Assembly (NCBI GenBank): GCA_964405655.1
Contig: CAYOOO010000002.1
Span: 2,022-66,021 of the forward strand
DNA length: 64,000 bases
Direction of reading: 5' to 3'
Source: an uncultured Gammaproteobacteria bacterium
GTDB taxonomy: Bacteria > Patescibacteriota > Microgenomatia > Daviesbacterales > UBA10151
Shown here piece by piece: positions 9,287 to 19,785 of the stretch; the first letter of the stretch is position 1, and every line of letters begins with the position of its first letter. The notes beneath the pieces are model-generated. The model searched no databases. It was not told where the DNA came from and saw nothing but the letters and a program-made list of their open reading frames with translations. Both the position numbers and the translations under genes were made by a program.

Positions 9287-10996
9287 ATGTATAAACAAGC
9301 CTTAGAGCAAGAACTCAGAAGGGCTATTAGTAATCTAGGTTTTAACCCATTAACTGATATAGTTTTATCTATTTCTGAAAGCCCTAAATTTGGAGACTAT
9401 ACTTCGAATGTAGCGCTACAACTTGCTAAACAAAAATTAAAAAAAACCTATCACTCATCTTTAGAAATTGCTAACGATATCTTAGAAAATTTTAAACACC
9501 CACCATTTTTAAAAGAGATCCAAATAGCAGGACCAGGTTTTTTAAACTTTTTCCTCAAAGAGGAAAGTTTACTGGAAATTTTAAAAGCCGAATACCCAAA
9601 AAAAGAGGCAGTTCAAAAGAGATATATTGTTGAATATGCAGATCCCAATACTCATAAAGCCTTTCATATTGGTCACTTAAGAACATTAGCGATTGGTGAG
9701 TCGGTCTCCAGGCTTCTAGAGTTTGAAGGAAATGAGGTTTTCAGGGTTAATTATGGCTCAGACGTGGGTTTGTCAGTGGCAAAGGCCTTGTGGGGCATAG
9801 AAAAACTGAAAGATCACTACCAAAAAGCTAAGAAGTTGTCCTTAAGACAAAAAGCTGAGTTTTTAGGAGAGGCTTACGCCTATGGTCATGACAAATATGA
9901 AACTGATGAATCTGCCAAAAAGGAAATAGACGAAATTACCAAACAGCTCTATCAAAGAGATAAGGCTATTTTACCTCTATGGAAAGAAACAAAAGAGTGG
10001 AGCTTAGCTTATTTTGACAGTATTTACTCCAGGACAGGCACTGAGTTTGACCGCAGAGTCAACGAATCTGAGGTTGATCAACTTGGTAAGCAGATCGTTT
10101 TAGAAAATATTGGTAAGGTCTTTAAAAAAGATCAAGGTGCTATTATCTTCGAGGGTGAAAAATATGGGCTTCATAACAGAGTTTTTATAAACTCAGTCGG
10201 TAACCCAACCTATGAGGCCAAGGATATAGGCTTAATTGAGCTTTACGAACAGATTTTTCCCTTTGATAAAGCAATAATTCTTTCTGATGTGACTCAAGCC
10301 TCTTATCATCAAGTTGTAAAAAAAGCGATTGAACTTATTCATCCTCATCTAACTGATAGGAGACACCATCTTTCCTTTGGCTTTGTCTCTTTGGTGACAG
10401 GCAAGATGTCATCGAGGACGGGAAATATTATTACTGCTGACAGTTTAATAGATCAAGTCATAGAGGAGATAAAGGATAGCTATCCTAATAGTAAAAACCT
10501 GACAGAAGCTAGTTTAAACTTGATTGCAGTGGCTGCAATCAAGTTTTCTTACCTAAAGTACTCAATCTCTTCAGATATCAGCTTAGATATTAAACAGTCG
10601 ATTTCTTTACAAGGAGATAGCGGTCCTTATCTTCTTTATGCTTACGCTAGGATTAATTCTATTTTAAATCGCGCAAAAAAAATTAAAGCTAGAAAGGAAA
10701 AAGTTGATCTTGAAACAAAGCTAATCGCGCAAACCCTGGAAGACGAAGAAAGAGAAGTCTTACGTTCACTAGAATACTTTGAAATAGTGGTTGGGAAAGC
10801 AACCCAGAGATATCAACCCAACGAAGTTGCTAACTTTCTTTTAAATTTAGCTAAATCTTTTAATCTTTTTTATGAAAAGTACCCTGTCTTAGGTTCAGAT
10901 AAAGAGAAGTTTAGGCTGGATCTTTCCAAAAGAGTAGCTGAAACCATTAAAATAGGTCTGAATCTGCTTGGTATAGAGACAGTTGAGAAGATGTGA
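9287..10996 (+). CDS. argS: arginyl-tRNA synthetase
   Basis: 569 aa. Class I HIGH motif (AFHIGHLRT), N-terminal Arg_tRNA_synt_N-like region and a C-terminal DALR anticodon-binding domain. Confidence 0.9.
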   Translation: MYKQALEQELRRAISNLGFNPLTDIVLSISESPKFGDYTSNVALQLAKQKLKKTYHSSLEIANDILENFKHPPFLKEIQIAGPGFLNFFLKEESLLEILKAEYPKKEAVQKRYIVEYADPNTHKAFHIGHLRTLAIGESVSRLLEFEGNEVFRVNYGSDVGLSVAKALWGIEKLKDHYQKAKKLSLRQKAEFLGEAYAYGHDKYETDESAKKEIDEITKQLYQRDKAILPLWKETKEWSLAYFDSIYSRTGTEFDRRVNESEVDQLGKQIVLENIGKVFKKDQGAIIFEGEKYGLHNRVFINSVGNPTYEAKDIGLIELYEQIFPFDKAIILSDVTQASYHQVVKKAIELIHPHLTDRRHHLSFGFVSLVTGKMSSRTGNIITADSLIDQVIEEIKDSYPNSKNLTEASLNLIAVAAIKFSYLKYSISSDISLDIKQSISLQGDSGPYLLYAYARINSILNRAKKIKARKEKVDLETKLIAQTLEDEEREVLRSLEYFEIVVGKATQRYQPNEVANFLLNLAKSFNLFYEKYPVLGSDKEKFRLDLSKRVAETIKIGLNLLGIETVEKM

Positions 10997-11008
10997 TAGT
11001 TAAAATTT

Positions 11009-12055
11009 ATGTTTTTTAAAAAGCATTCAGAAAAAAGTAAAGGAAGAATCTTTAAGATCTTCAGAATATTCTTAAGCCTGGTTATGATGGGGGTTTTGGC
11101 CTTGGGATTGATACAAGCTTATCGGACTTTCTCTGGTTATGATCCCTTGACATTGAGCCCAAAATCGCTTGTCAATAACCTACTTAGCTCTGACTCCGCT
11201 TATGAGTTGTTAACAGGATTATTATCCTTTAATCCTTCAACCTCTCTTAGTACAGCTAAGAAGCTGCTTTCAGACAAACCCAAAAACAATTCCCAGTCAG
11301 TATCCAAAGATTCAATAAAAGCAAACTTGAAGTTCAGATTTGCATTAGTAGCAGATTCCCATAAAGACAATCAAGGTTTGAATAAAGCTTTATCTCAAGC
11401 TAAAGCTAGCGGAGCAAAGTTTGTTATTGGGTTAGGGGATTATTCTGAGGTTGGTACAGTTGATGAGTTAAGATTAGCTAAGCAGCAGTTTGATACAGCT
11501 GGACTAGCTTATTATCTAACTGCAGGTGATCATGATCTTTGGGACTCAAGAAACAAAAACTTATCACCTGAACAAAACTTCAAAGAAATCTTTGGCTCTC
11601 CTTTTCAATCATTTTCTTATGAAAATGCCAGATTTCTACTAATTTATAACAGTGATAACTATTTAGGGATAGACTCACTTCAGCTTAAATGGATCGAAGA
11701 TGAGCTATCTAGGATTTCTTCTGAAAATGGAGTTTCAGGAAGTAAAAAAGTTACATTTTCTATTACCCATATCCCGCTTTATCACCCATCCTCTGATCAT
11801 ATAATGGGTAAAGAGAACCCAAAGTTAAGAAATCAAACTGAACACCTAAGAAGTCTTTTTAAAAGACATAATATATCGGAAGTTTTTTATGGAGATACTC
11901 ACTTTTATTCGCATTACACTGACCCAGAAAATTCTTTGAGTATGACTTCAGTTGGTGCAGTCACCTCGGAAAGAAATCCTCAATCACCTCGATTTGCTCT
12001 GGTTGACGTTTTTGATGATGGCAGTTACAATATTACGGATGTTGAGATCAGGTAA
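11009..12055 (+). CDS. calcineurin-like metallophosphoesterase, membrane-anchored
   Basis: N-terminal TM helix. Metallophosphoesterase motifs ADSH, GLGDY, GDHD, THIPLYH and GDTH. Confidence 0.7.
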   Translation: MFFKKHSEKSKGRIFKIFRIFLSLVMMGVLALGLIQAYRTFSGYDPLTLSPKSLVNNLLSSDSAYELLTGLLSFNPSTSLSTAKKLLSDKPKNNSQSVSKDSIKANLKFRFALVADSHKDNQGLNKALSQAKASGAKFVIGLGDYSEVGTVDELRLAKQQFDTAGLAYYLTAGDHDLWDSRNKNLSPEQNFKEIFGSPFQSFSYENARFLLIYNSDNYLGIDSLQLKWIEDELSRISSENGVSGSKKVTFSITHIPLYHPSSDHIMGKENPKLRNQTEHLRSLFKRHNISEVFYGDTHFYSHYTDPENSLSMTSVGAVTSERNPQSPRFALVDVFDDGSYNITDVEIR

Positions 12056-12086
12056 CTCCTGATCTTTTTATATATTTTTATATATT

Positions 12087-12596
12087 ATGATACAAAGAAC
12101 ATTAATTTTATTAAAACCAGATGCAGTTGAGAAAAATTTAGTGGGTGAGGTAATAGGCAGATATGAAAAAGCTGGGTTAAAGGTCGTTGAACTTAAGATG
12201 CTTAATGCTTCTGACGAGATTATCAGTCAGCATTACCCCATGGAAGAGGATTATTTAAGAATAATTGGAGAAAAAAGCGCCAAAGCTGGAGAGAAAATAG
12301 CTGATCCTGTGGAGCAAGGAAGAATGGTGGTTTCTTGGCTTAGAAAATTTATCAGTTCAGGTCCAATCGTAGCTATGGTTTTAGAAGGTGAGGATGCAGT
12401 TATAAGAGCTAGAAAAATTACTGGATTTACAGATCCTTCTCAGGCTGAAAAAGGAACGATCAGAGCCGATTTAGGTGAGGATTCAATTTTAAAAGCAAAT
12501 AGAGAAAAAAGACCTGTTTATAACCTGATCCATGCCTCGGGAGATGAATTAGAAGCTCAGAAAGAAATCAGTCTGTGGTTTCCAAATGAAAACTAG
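12087..12596 (+). CDS. ndk: nucleoside diphosphate kinase
   Basis: N-terminus ERTLILLKPDAV and NLIHASGD (catalytic His) match NDK. Confidence 0.8.
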   Translation: MIQRTLILLKPDAVEKNLVGEVIGRYEKAGLKVVELKMLNASDEIISQHYPMEEDYLRIIGEKSAKAGEKIADPVEQGRMVVSWLRKFISSGPIVAMVLEGEDAVIRARKITGFTDPSQAEKGTIRADLGEDSILKANREKRPVYNLIHASGDELEAQKEISLWFPNEN

Positions 12597-12752
12597 CCTG
12601 TTGCTATGCAATTGAGCACTGGTTTGGCAAAGAGTAAATCTTCTTTAGTCGGAGACGGAGGATCACACGCCCGCTATTGGCGGGCTGAACCAATTAAGCT
12701 CGGAAAGGAGGGAATCGAACCTTATCCTCTCGGTCCAATCCGCCAAGATCTG

Positions 12753-12824
<72 letters not shown>

Positions 12825-13110
12825 ATTAAGGCGGACCTGCCGATGAACTACACCCCCCGGGTATTCAATTTTGTAATTATATAGCCTTCATTTCAAAACT
12901 ACCAGAAACTTTTCTTGACATCAATCTAGTGGAGGATAACAATGTAGGTATGATGCCACCATAATCTAGTATTGTGACATAGGTTTTTGGTAGAGCAGCA
13001 AAATTACCTGTTTATTCTTAGTTAGAGCAATCTATTAGAGTGTGATAATTTGGAAATTTAAATTTTCCTACTCTTGAAACTGTTTTAGTGCTAAAATATA
13101 GCAAAGATTT

Positions 13111-13183
13111 GGCCTCGTAGCTCAATGGACAGAGCAAGCCCGTCCTAAGGGCGAGATTGGAGGTTCGACTCCTCTCGGGGCCG
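13111..13183 (+). tRNA. tRNA-Arg (anticodon CCT), no encoded CCA
   Basis: Acceptor GGCCTCG/CGGGGCC, D arm GCTC..GAGC, anticodon loop GTCCTAA, T arm GGAGG-TTCGACT-CCTCT. Confidence 0.85.
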
Positions 13184-13200
13184 CTATCAATGTTAGAATA

Positions 13201-13902
13201 TTGATAATGCCTTCTTTTAACTTTAGCAAAACTTTGGTAATCAGATTTATCTCCTATGCGGCTATAATCGTAGGATTATTCTCCTTATTGTTTCAGTTTG
13301 GTCCGCTGATGATGGCTGAGTTTAATTATAGAAAGGATAAGTTATTCGATGTTAAACATGTTCTACCTCCAGTTGTAATTACCTCTGCAGGTACTCAAGA
13401 TAGTTCTAATGCTCCCACAACTTCTTTTTCAGATATAAAATCTTCTGATAAGCTGATTACGCCTGTCTCAACAGATTATGGTCTTGTAATTGAAAAAATT
13501 AATGCAAATGCCAGAGTAGTTGCAGATGTTGATCCAGCTAACGAAAAAGAGTATGTTAAAGCTCTTTCCAAAGGGGTAGCTGAAGCCAAAGGCTCGACTA
13601 AGCCTGGTCAAAATGGTAATTTATATATCTTTTCCCATTCTGCAGATGCTCCCTGGAACATTGTTAGGTTTAATGCCATCTTTTATCTGTTAAGAGAGCT
13701 TGAAAAAGGTGATCGGATAATTGTTTTTTACCAAGGTCGGAGATATGACTATATTGTTTTCGACAAGACAATTACTAAGCCCAGTGATGTTAGTTTCTTA
13801 AGTAACCGCTATGATAAGCCTGTTTTAACTCTTCAGACATGTGATCCTCCTGGAACACTCAATAATAGACTTGTCATTCGTGCTCAGTTAGAGGGTAGCT
13901 AG
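13201..13902 (+). CDS. sortase (class A/E-like transpeptidase)
   Basis: N-terminal TM helix. Catalytic TLQTC motif, with conserved His upstream in IFSHSADAPW. Confidence 0.75.
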   Translation: MIMPSFNFSKTLVIRFISYAAIIVGLFSLLFQFGPLMMAEFNYRKDKLFDVKHVLPPVVITSAGTQDSSNAPTTSFSDIKSSDKLITPVSTDYGLVIEKINANARVVADVDPANEKEYVKALSKGVAEAKGSTKPGQNGNLYIFSHSADAPWNIVRFNAIFYLLRELEKGDRIIVFYQGRRYDYIVFDKTITKPSDVSFLSNRYDKPVLTLQTCDPPGTLNNRLVIRAQLEGS

Positions 13903-13971
13903 TGTTTGTAATTTATAATTTATAATCGCTCTGCGATTAGATCTTCGCATCTTGTATCTTGTTAAGATATA

Positions 13972-15153
13972 ATGTGTTCGAGGATTACCTTGAAGATGCG
14001 CCGCAGATTTTTTTTGACCATATTAACCTTAGTAGTTATTGGCTTGGCAGCTAGCTTGGCTATTTTTTTAGCTAAAGGTTACAGACTATCTCCTAATCAA
14101 GGAGGAATCTTTGGTACAGGCATACTTTCGATTACCTCTGTACCAGATCAAGCATCAGTTTATATGGATGGTAATTTGACTACAGCTACTAATGCTAACA
14201 TCAACTCATTGCCCCCTAAAACTTATCAAGTCAAAATTATTAAAGAAGGTTTTATCCCTTGGGAGAAAAGAGTTGAGGTAAAAGAGGGCCTGGTGACCCA
14301 GATTAAGGCAACTCTTTTTAGAGCAATACCTTCTATTTATCCAATAACCTATACAGGTATGTCGAATCCTTCTCTTTCTCCTAATGGTCAGAAGCTGGTT
14401 TACGTAGTCCCACCGCCAACTGATGGGAATCAATTAATAGTCAAAAAAAGCGGTATCTGGATCTGGCAGCTATCAGACCGGGGAGTAACCTTTGCCAGGG
14501 GAGGTGAGCCCCAACAAATTGCTCTCTGGGATTCAACTGTGGACTATACCAAGGCTAAATTTAGATTCTCACCTGATAATACTCAGATTATGGTCAGTCT
14601 TGAGGATAGAATATTACTCTTAGACACTAATAAATTAAATGATCCTCCTAAAAATATTACAGTAACTGCTCAACCAACTATTAGAGTTTGGGATGAAGAA
14701 CAAAAAACTCGTGACAATACTAGATTACAGCTGATTAAAGACCTTAGCCTTAGGAATACAGCCTCAAAATCAGCTATTTTAAAATGGTCAGCTGATGAAT
14801 CTAAAATTCTTTACTGTGAGAAAGACTGTCAGGATGGGTTAAAAGTCTCAGATTTGGATGAGCAAAAGAGTTTTGATATTCCCAAAGCTAATTTTTATAG
14901 CTGGTTACCAGACTCTCTCCATATAATTTTGATTGATACAGAGGATAAAAAAGATAAGGCTGAAAATGGCATCCGACTGGCAAAAATTTCAATAGTGGAA
15001 TCTGATGGCACAAATAAATCCGAGATCTATGTTGGTAATCTAGACCCTGAGTCAGTTTTTGCCTGGCTAGATAGTTCAAGACTAATTGTAGTGTCATCTT
15101 TGCCTACGCCAACTGCATCCCAGCCCAATTTATATGGCATAAACCTTAAATAA
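13972..15153 (+). CDS. PEGA-domain membrane-anchored protein with a possible beta-propeller region
   Basis: N-terminal TM helix, then a PEGA-like segment (SVPDQASVYMDGNL ... KEGFIPWEKRVEV). The rest is unknown. Confidence 0.55.
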   Translation: MCSRITLKMRRRFFLTILTLVVIGLAASLAIFLAKGYRLSPNQGGIFGTGILSITSVPDQASVYMDGNLTTATNANINSLPPKTYQVKIIKEGFIPWEKRVEVKEGLVTQIKATLFRAIPSIYPITYTGMSNPSLSPNGQKLVYVVPPPTDGNQLIVKKSGIWIWQLSDRGVTFARGGEPQQIALWDSTVDYTKAKFRFSPDNTQIMVSLEDRILLLDTNKLNDPPKNITVTAQPTIRVWDEEQKTRDNTRLQLIKDLSLRNTASKSAILKWSADESKILYCEKDCQDGLKVSDLDEQKSFDIPKANFYSWLPDSLHIILIDTEDKKDKAENGIRLAKISIVESDGTNKSEIYVGNLDPESVFAWLDSSRLIVVSSLPTPTASQPNLYGINLK

Positions 15154-15308
15154 ATATCCTTTGATCTAGTTTGTATATCTTGTGACCGGTTTATAAGACT
15201 GGTAGAATCCTGTTATCGAAATTTTCCTTGTCTCCGCCAATGGCGGAGCAAGCGATCTCGCAAACTATTATGGTGCTTCGCACCTACAAGAAAGGAGGTT
15301 TGCTGCGA

Positions 15309-16325
15309 TTGTTTAATTTCTCCAAAAGAATCGGGATAGATTTAGGGACAGCAAATTCGCTAGTTTATGTTGTAGGTGAAGGGATTGTTATGAATGAGCC
15401 AAGCGTGGTGGCTGTCTCAACAATTGATAACCGGGTGTTAGCAGTTGGTAATGAAGCTAAAGAAATGCTTGGTAGGACTCCTGGAAATATTGTTGCCACC
15501 CGACCGTTAAGGGATGGTGTTATTGCCGATTATGTGACAACTGAAGCCATGCTTCGCTACTTTATAGACAGCATCTGCGGCTCCAGTAGAATCTTTAAGC
15601 CAGAAGTTATGGTTTGTGTTCCTGCAGGAGTGACTTCAGTTGAAAGAAGGGCAGTGATGGATGCAACTTTATCAGCTGGAGCAAAGATGTCTTATCTGAT
15701 TGATGAACCTTTGGCTGCTGCAATTGGTGCAAATATACCTATTGCTAACCCATCAGGCAATATGATTGTTGATATTGGTGGTGGTACTACTGAGGCAGCA
15801 GTGATCTGTTTAGGTGGAGTGGTGGTTCATAGTAGTGTCAGAGTAGGAGGAAATAAGATTGATGAATCTATTGTTCAGTATTTAAGGAAAAAGTATGGAC
15901 TAATTATTGGAGAGCACCAATCTGAACAAGTTAAAATTCAGATTGGTAATAGTCTTAAACCTGATTCAACAGAAGTTAAACAGATGGAAGTTAGGGGAAG
16001 AGATGGTGCAACAGGGCTACCAAGAACTGTAGTTTTAAATTCAGCTGAGATATGTGAGGCTATTCAAGATCCGCTGAATAAAATCGTTGGTGCAGTTAAA
16101 GGTGTTTTAGAACAAACACCACCTGAATTGGCCTCCGATATCATTGATAAAGGAATAGTTATGTCAGGTGGAACTTCAATGCTGACAAATTTAGATAAAC
16201 TGATGACTCAATCTACAGGCGTACCTTGTCATATCTCTGAAAACCCGCTACTATCAGTAGTTTTGGGTACAGGTTTAGCTTTAGAAAATTTAGATCTTTA
16301 CAAGAGAAGTGTTAGTAGAAAATAA
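15309..16325 (+). CDS. mreB: rod shape-determining protein MreB (paralog 1)
   Basis: IGIDLGTANS, DIGGGTTE and other actin-fold motifs. Start moved to TTG at 15309, 10 nt after the AAAGGAGG ribosome-binding site. The track ORF begins at 15228, inside a 5' UTR that contains a GC-rich palindrome. Confidence 0.85.
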   Translation: MFNFSKRIGIDLGTANSLVYVVGEGIVMNEPSVVAVSTIDNRVLAVGNEAKEMLGRTPGNIVATRPLRDGVIADYVTTEAMLRYFIDSICGSSRIFKPEVMVCVPAGVTSVERRAVMDATLSAGAKMSYLIDEPLAAAIGANIPIANPSGNMIVDIGGGTTEAAVICLGGVVVHSSVRVGGNKIDESIVQYLRKKYGLIIGEHQSEQVKIQIGNSLKPDSTEVKQMEVRGRDGATGLPRTVVLNSAEICEAIQDPLNKIVGAVKGVLEQTPPELASDIIDKGIVMSGGTSMLTNLDKLMTQSTGVPCHISENPLLSVVLGTGLALENLDLYKRSVSRK

Positions 16326-16328
16326 TCT

Positions 16329-16916
16329 TTAGCCTTGGTAGGGAAAAAGTGGGGTAGTGTTGTCTTGAGCCTCTCGTGTTCCCTGAATCATTCTTTTATA
16401 GAAGGCCTCTGATATAATCCTACCGCTTAATGTTGCCTGGGTGACTAGCTCATTACCTCTTAAGGCCCATGCCAACCAGCTAAACGATTTTCCCTTAGCT
16501 TCTGTTGCCATAGTGACTAAGTTTAGGGCAAAAGGAGGTTGATCAGGAGAGTTTGGTTGGACAGCAGGACTAGCAAATCTAGCACCATTAATTTCTATGA
16601 ATAATGGTCTTGATCCAGCTTCGATCTGCTCACCTGCAAAAACTCGATGTAAAAGATAAGCTTGAGCCAATGCTTCGACTCCATCAACCCCTCTTAATAC
16701 TCCAAAGTGATCTCTGCATCTTTTTTGAGTCACAAGTAGAATAGTTACACCCAAAGATCTATCAGGGCTTAAATAGTGGGCGTCTGCTAGCATTTTTGTA
16801 GGCCCATAGCCTATTGTTGCTAAAGCTTGAGTAGTTTGAGCATTATCAAAGTAAGTAAAATCTGCTCTTTGCGCCCCACTTAGATCTATTACCGGACAAC
16901 CTTCTGCCAATGCCAT
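16329..16916 (-). CDS. hypothetical protein (195 aa), Ala/Gly-rich, GC-elevated
   Basis: Long ORF. Composition differs from the surroundings. No secure family assignment. Confidence 0.5.
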   Translation of the reverse strand: MALAEGCPVIDLSGAQRADFTYFDNAQTTQALATIGYGPTKMLADAHYLSPDRSLGVTILLVTQKRCRDHFGVLRGVDGVEALAQAYLLHRVFAGEQIEAGSRPLFIEINGARFASPAVQPNSPDQPPFALNLVTMATEAKGKSFSWLAWALRGNELVTQATLSGRIISEAFYKRMIQGTREAQDNTTPLFPYQG

Positions 16917-17004
16917 AGAAATTTATTTATGTGCTGATTTTTAGCAGATTAAATAGCTGCTTGTCAAATAGCACTCTTTTTAGCTGATATGCTAAAGTTA
17001 TATT

Positions 17005-18132
17005 ATGTTAATAGGTTTTGATGGCTCCAGGGCATTCGCCAAAGGAAAAACTGGAACAGAGAATTATTCTTATTATCTATTGAAAGCTTTAGCTAAAATT
17101 GATACAGAAAATCAGTATAAAGTATATATTAGACCTGGTTGTAAGATTAATAAAAAGGATTGGCCGGATAACTTTGAGTTCTTTTTAATAAACTACTCTC
17201 GTTTTTGGACACAGATAGGGTTAGCTCTTCAAACCTTTGAAGACAAGCTTGATTTACTTTTTGTTCCTGCTCATACTTTACCATTGTTCAGAAAACCTGG
17301 ACTAAAAACTATTATGACAGTTCATGACCTCGGAGCAGAATATTTACCTTCGATGCATCAACTCAAGCAAAACTTATACCTTGGCTTTATTACTAATTTT
17401 CAGCTCAAGACTGCAACGAGATTAATTGCTGTTTCAGAGTCAACTAAGGCAGATTTAGTAGAAAAGGGGGGTGTAAAGGACAGAAAGATACAAGTCATTT
17501 ATGAAGGAGTAGACAGAGATTTTTTTAAGCTAGTTAAAAGTGATAGGTTAAGAAATAGTTTGAAGTCTTTTAGTATTGAAAATAAAAAGTACTTTTTATT
17601 TGTAGGGACGATTCAACCTAGAAAAAACCTTGAGAGGATAATAAAGGCTTTTTCAGCTTTCACTCAAATTTCTGATGATTACAAGCTAGTTCTAGTCGGT
17701 GCAAAGGGATGGAAAGCAGATCAGATTTATAAGTTGCCAAAAGAATTGGGGATAGAGGATAGGGTTAAATTTTTAGGAAGAGTTAGCAATAAATACTTGC
17801 CCTCTCTTTACAGCGGAGCATTAGCACTAGTCTATCTTTCGTTATATGAAGGGTTTGGTTTGCCTATTCTTGAGGCTATGAGCTCCAATTGTCCAGTTAT
17901 CACCTCAAATATCTCTTCTATGCCTGAGGTTGCCGGAGAAGCAGCAATTTTGGTAAACCCAGCGGATATTGAAGAAATAACAACCGCCATGTCTAAGATT
18001 GCTTCTGATGATAGATTAAGAGATAATTTGATACATAAAGGTCAAGTGCAAGCAAAAAAATTCTCTTGGGATATTTGCGCCAAAAAGACTTTACAATTGT
18101 TTAAATCAATTTACCATGATAGAAACTATTAA
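17005..18132 (+). CDS. glycosyltransferase family 4 (GT-B fold)
   Basis: C-terminal EGFGLPILEAM ... E motif of GT4 (E-x7-E). Confidence 0.8.
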   Translation: MLIGFDGSRAFAKGKTGTENYSYYLLKALAKIDTENQYKVYIRPGCKINKKDWPDNFEFFLINYSRFWTQIGLALQTFEDKLDLLFVPAHTLPLFRKPGLKTIMTVHDLGAEYLPSMHQLKQNLYLGFITNFQLKTATRLIAVSESTKADLVEKGGVKDRKIQVIYEGVDRDFFKLVKSDRLRNSLKSFSIENKKYFLFVGTIQPRKNLERIIKAFSAFTQISDDYKLVLVGAKGWKADQIYKLPKELGIEDRVKFLGRVSNKYLPSLYSGALALVYLSLYEGFGLPILEAMSSNCPVITSNISSMPEVAGEAAILVNPADIEEITTAMSKIASDDRLRDNLIHKGQVQAKKFSWDICAKKTLQLFKSIYHDRNY

Positions 18133-18907
18133 TATTTTAGGGGTTAAAGTAAATAATGCTTCTTTAACGGAAGCTTTAAATTTAATTAAAACTTGGCTTA
18201 ATCACCAATCAAAACCAAGATATGTTGTAACTCCCAATGTTGAATTTTTAATGCTTGCCCAAAAAGATAAAGAGTTTAAAGAAATACTTAATAAAGCGGA
18301 TTTATCAATTCCTGATAGTGCAAGATTTGGTTGGGCAGTTGATATAAAGAATGAAAAAAACCTACTTTTAAAGATATTAAAGTGGCCACTTTTTTTGGTG
18401 CCAAAAATTTTTCTAGTGAGACAGTTTGATGCAGTCACTGGAACAGACCTGACAGAACAACTAATAAAAAAATCTATAGATTGGGCCGCCACAATAGGCT
18501 TCATTGGAGGTAAAAAAAACTTAGCAATTAAACTAAAAGAGCGCTTAGAAAAAAAATATCCATCAGTAAAAATTAACTTTACAGCAGACGGTGGAGTAAT
18601 AAAAACCAATGGGGAGATGGAGAGCTCTGAGAGTCTTAAAGACTTTCCCAAAACTGATATTTTGTTTATTGGTTTTGGTCAGGTTAAACAGGAGAAGTGG
18701 ATTGCTAAATTTAAAGAACAATTGCCAGTTAAAGTTTTTGTTGGTGTTGGAGGTGCACTAGATTATCTATCTGGGGAGGTTTTAAGAGCACCTCAGCTTA
18801 TTAGATCTTTAGGATTTGAGTGGCTTTTTAGATTAATTTTGCAGCCTTGGAGGATAAAGAGGTTTTTAAATCTTATTAGATTTGTCTTTTTGGTGCCTTT
18901 TTCCTAA
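18116..18907 (+). CDS. WecB/TagA/CpsF-family glycosyltransferase (GT26)
   Basis: N-terminus INILGVKVNN ... and C-terminus GVGGALDYLSG ... WLFRL are typical of TagA/WecG. Confidence 0.75.
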   Translation: MIETINILGVKVNNASLTEALNLIKTWLNHQSKPRYVVTPNVEFLMLAQKDKEFKEILNKADLSIPDSARFGWAVDIKNEKNLLLKILKWPLFLVPKIFLVRQFDAVTGTDLTEQLIKKSIDWAATIGFIGGKKNLAIKLKERLEKKYPSVKINFTADGGVIKTNGEMESSESLKDFPKTDILFIGFGQVKQEKWIAKFKEQLPVKVFVGVGGALDYLSGEVLRAPQLIRSLGFEWLFRLILQPWRIKRFLNLIRFVFLVPFS

Positions 18908-18963
18908 CAAGCTGCAATTATGCCTCTTGACTAGTAAATCCAGTTATGTGCTAAGCTGAATTT

Positions 18964-19473
18964 ATGGTCACAACAATTACTTCTAGACAACTCAAAGATG
19001 TCTTAATGGATTCCAAGCAGCCTGGCATTAAAGAATCATACTTTTATATTGAATCTCCCAATAATGAAAGTAATTTAACGGTTTTATCTCCAGGTAAAAA
19101 TGGTAATGAATTTAATAAAACACTAGGCTTTTTCCACAGGTTTCCTGGTGTATTGATCTACCGCTGTCTTTATGGTCAAGGAATTATTGTTATACAAAAA
19201 AATGATTCAGATGGAGAAGCTAAGGAGTTTAGGGTGGTTGGACTAAGAAGTGGGGTTGAAGTAGAGGTGCCATCAGGATATGGTCACACCATTATTAATA
19301 TTGGAAAGAACTTTTTAGTAACAATAGATAATGCTCCTAAAGATAGCAAATACCGGGATTACGAAACAGTTAAAAATAAAAAGGGTTTGGTCTACTATAT
19401 TATTGATAAAAAGGGAGATGTAGGATTTGATTCAAACCCTAATTATTCATTTCATCCCCAGATAACAACCTAA
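18964..19473 (+). CDS. hypothetical protein, possibly cupin-fold
   Basis: 169 aa with a beta-rich segment (VEVEVPSGYGHTIIN). Weak call. Confidence 0.35.
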   Translation: MVTTITSRQLKDVLMDSKQPGIKESYFYIESPNNESNLTVLSPGKNGNEFNKTLGFFHRFPGVLIYRCLYGQGIIVIQKNDSDGEAKEFRVVGLRSGVEVEVPSGYGHTIINIGKNFLVTIDNAPKDSKYRDYETVKNKKGLVYYIIDKKGDVGFDSNPNYSFHPQITT

Positions 19474-19531
19474 TCTAGATAAGTTAGCAGAAGTATTGAC
19501 TTAATTGCTAAAAGTTCGCAAGAAAAATACC

Positions 19532-19738
19532 TTAAACAGTCTTTTGGGTTATACCCAAAAGCCATAAAACAGCTTCCTTCTTATAACGCCTATCTCCTCT
19601 AGAATTAATCCTAATTGCCGGGAGCTTGCCTCTTTTTCCCCATCTTTTGATTGTGAGGGGAGAAACTCTAAGTACTTCTGCAACTTCTTTAACTGTTAAT
19701 AGATCAGGGAGATTCTCTAAGGAGATTTTGTCAGCCAT
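19532..19738 (-). CDS. excisionase-family helix-turn-helix DNA-binding protein
   Basis: 68 aa. LTVKEVAEVLRVSPLTIKRW matches the Xis/MerR-like HTH_17 pattern. Confidence 0.6.
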   Translation of the reverse strand: MADKISLENLPDLLTVKEVAEVLRVSPLTIKRWGKRGKLPAIRINSRGDRRYKKEAVLWLLGITQKTV

Positions 19739-19785
19739 ACTTACTCTTTGTATATCATAAAGATTCAGAGAGTGTCAAGATATCA

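Noticed and set aside
12690-12752. A complete second tRNA gene adjacent to tRNA-Pro
   Set aside because: Only a T-loop-like segment is present. The distance to tRNA-Pro is ~56 nt, which is too short for a full tRNA, and the remaining arms cannot be paired.
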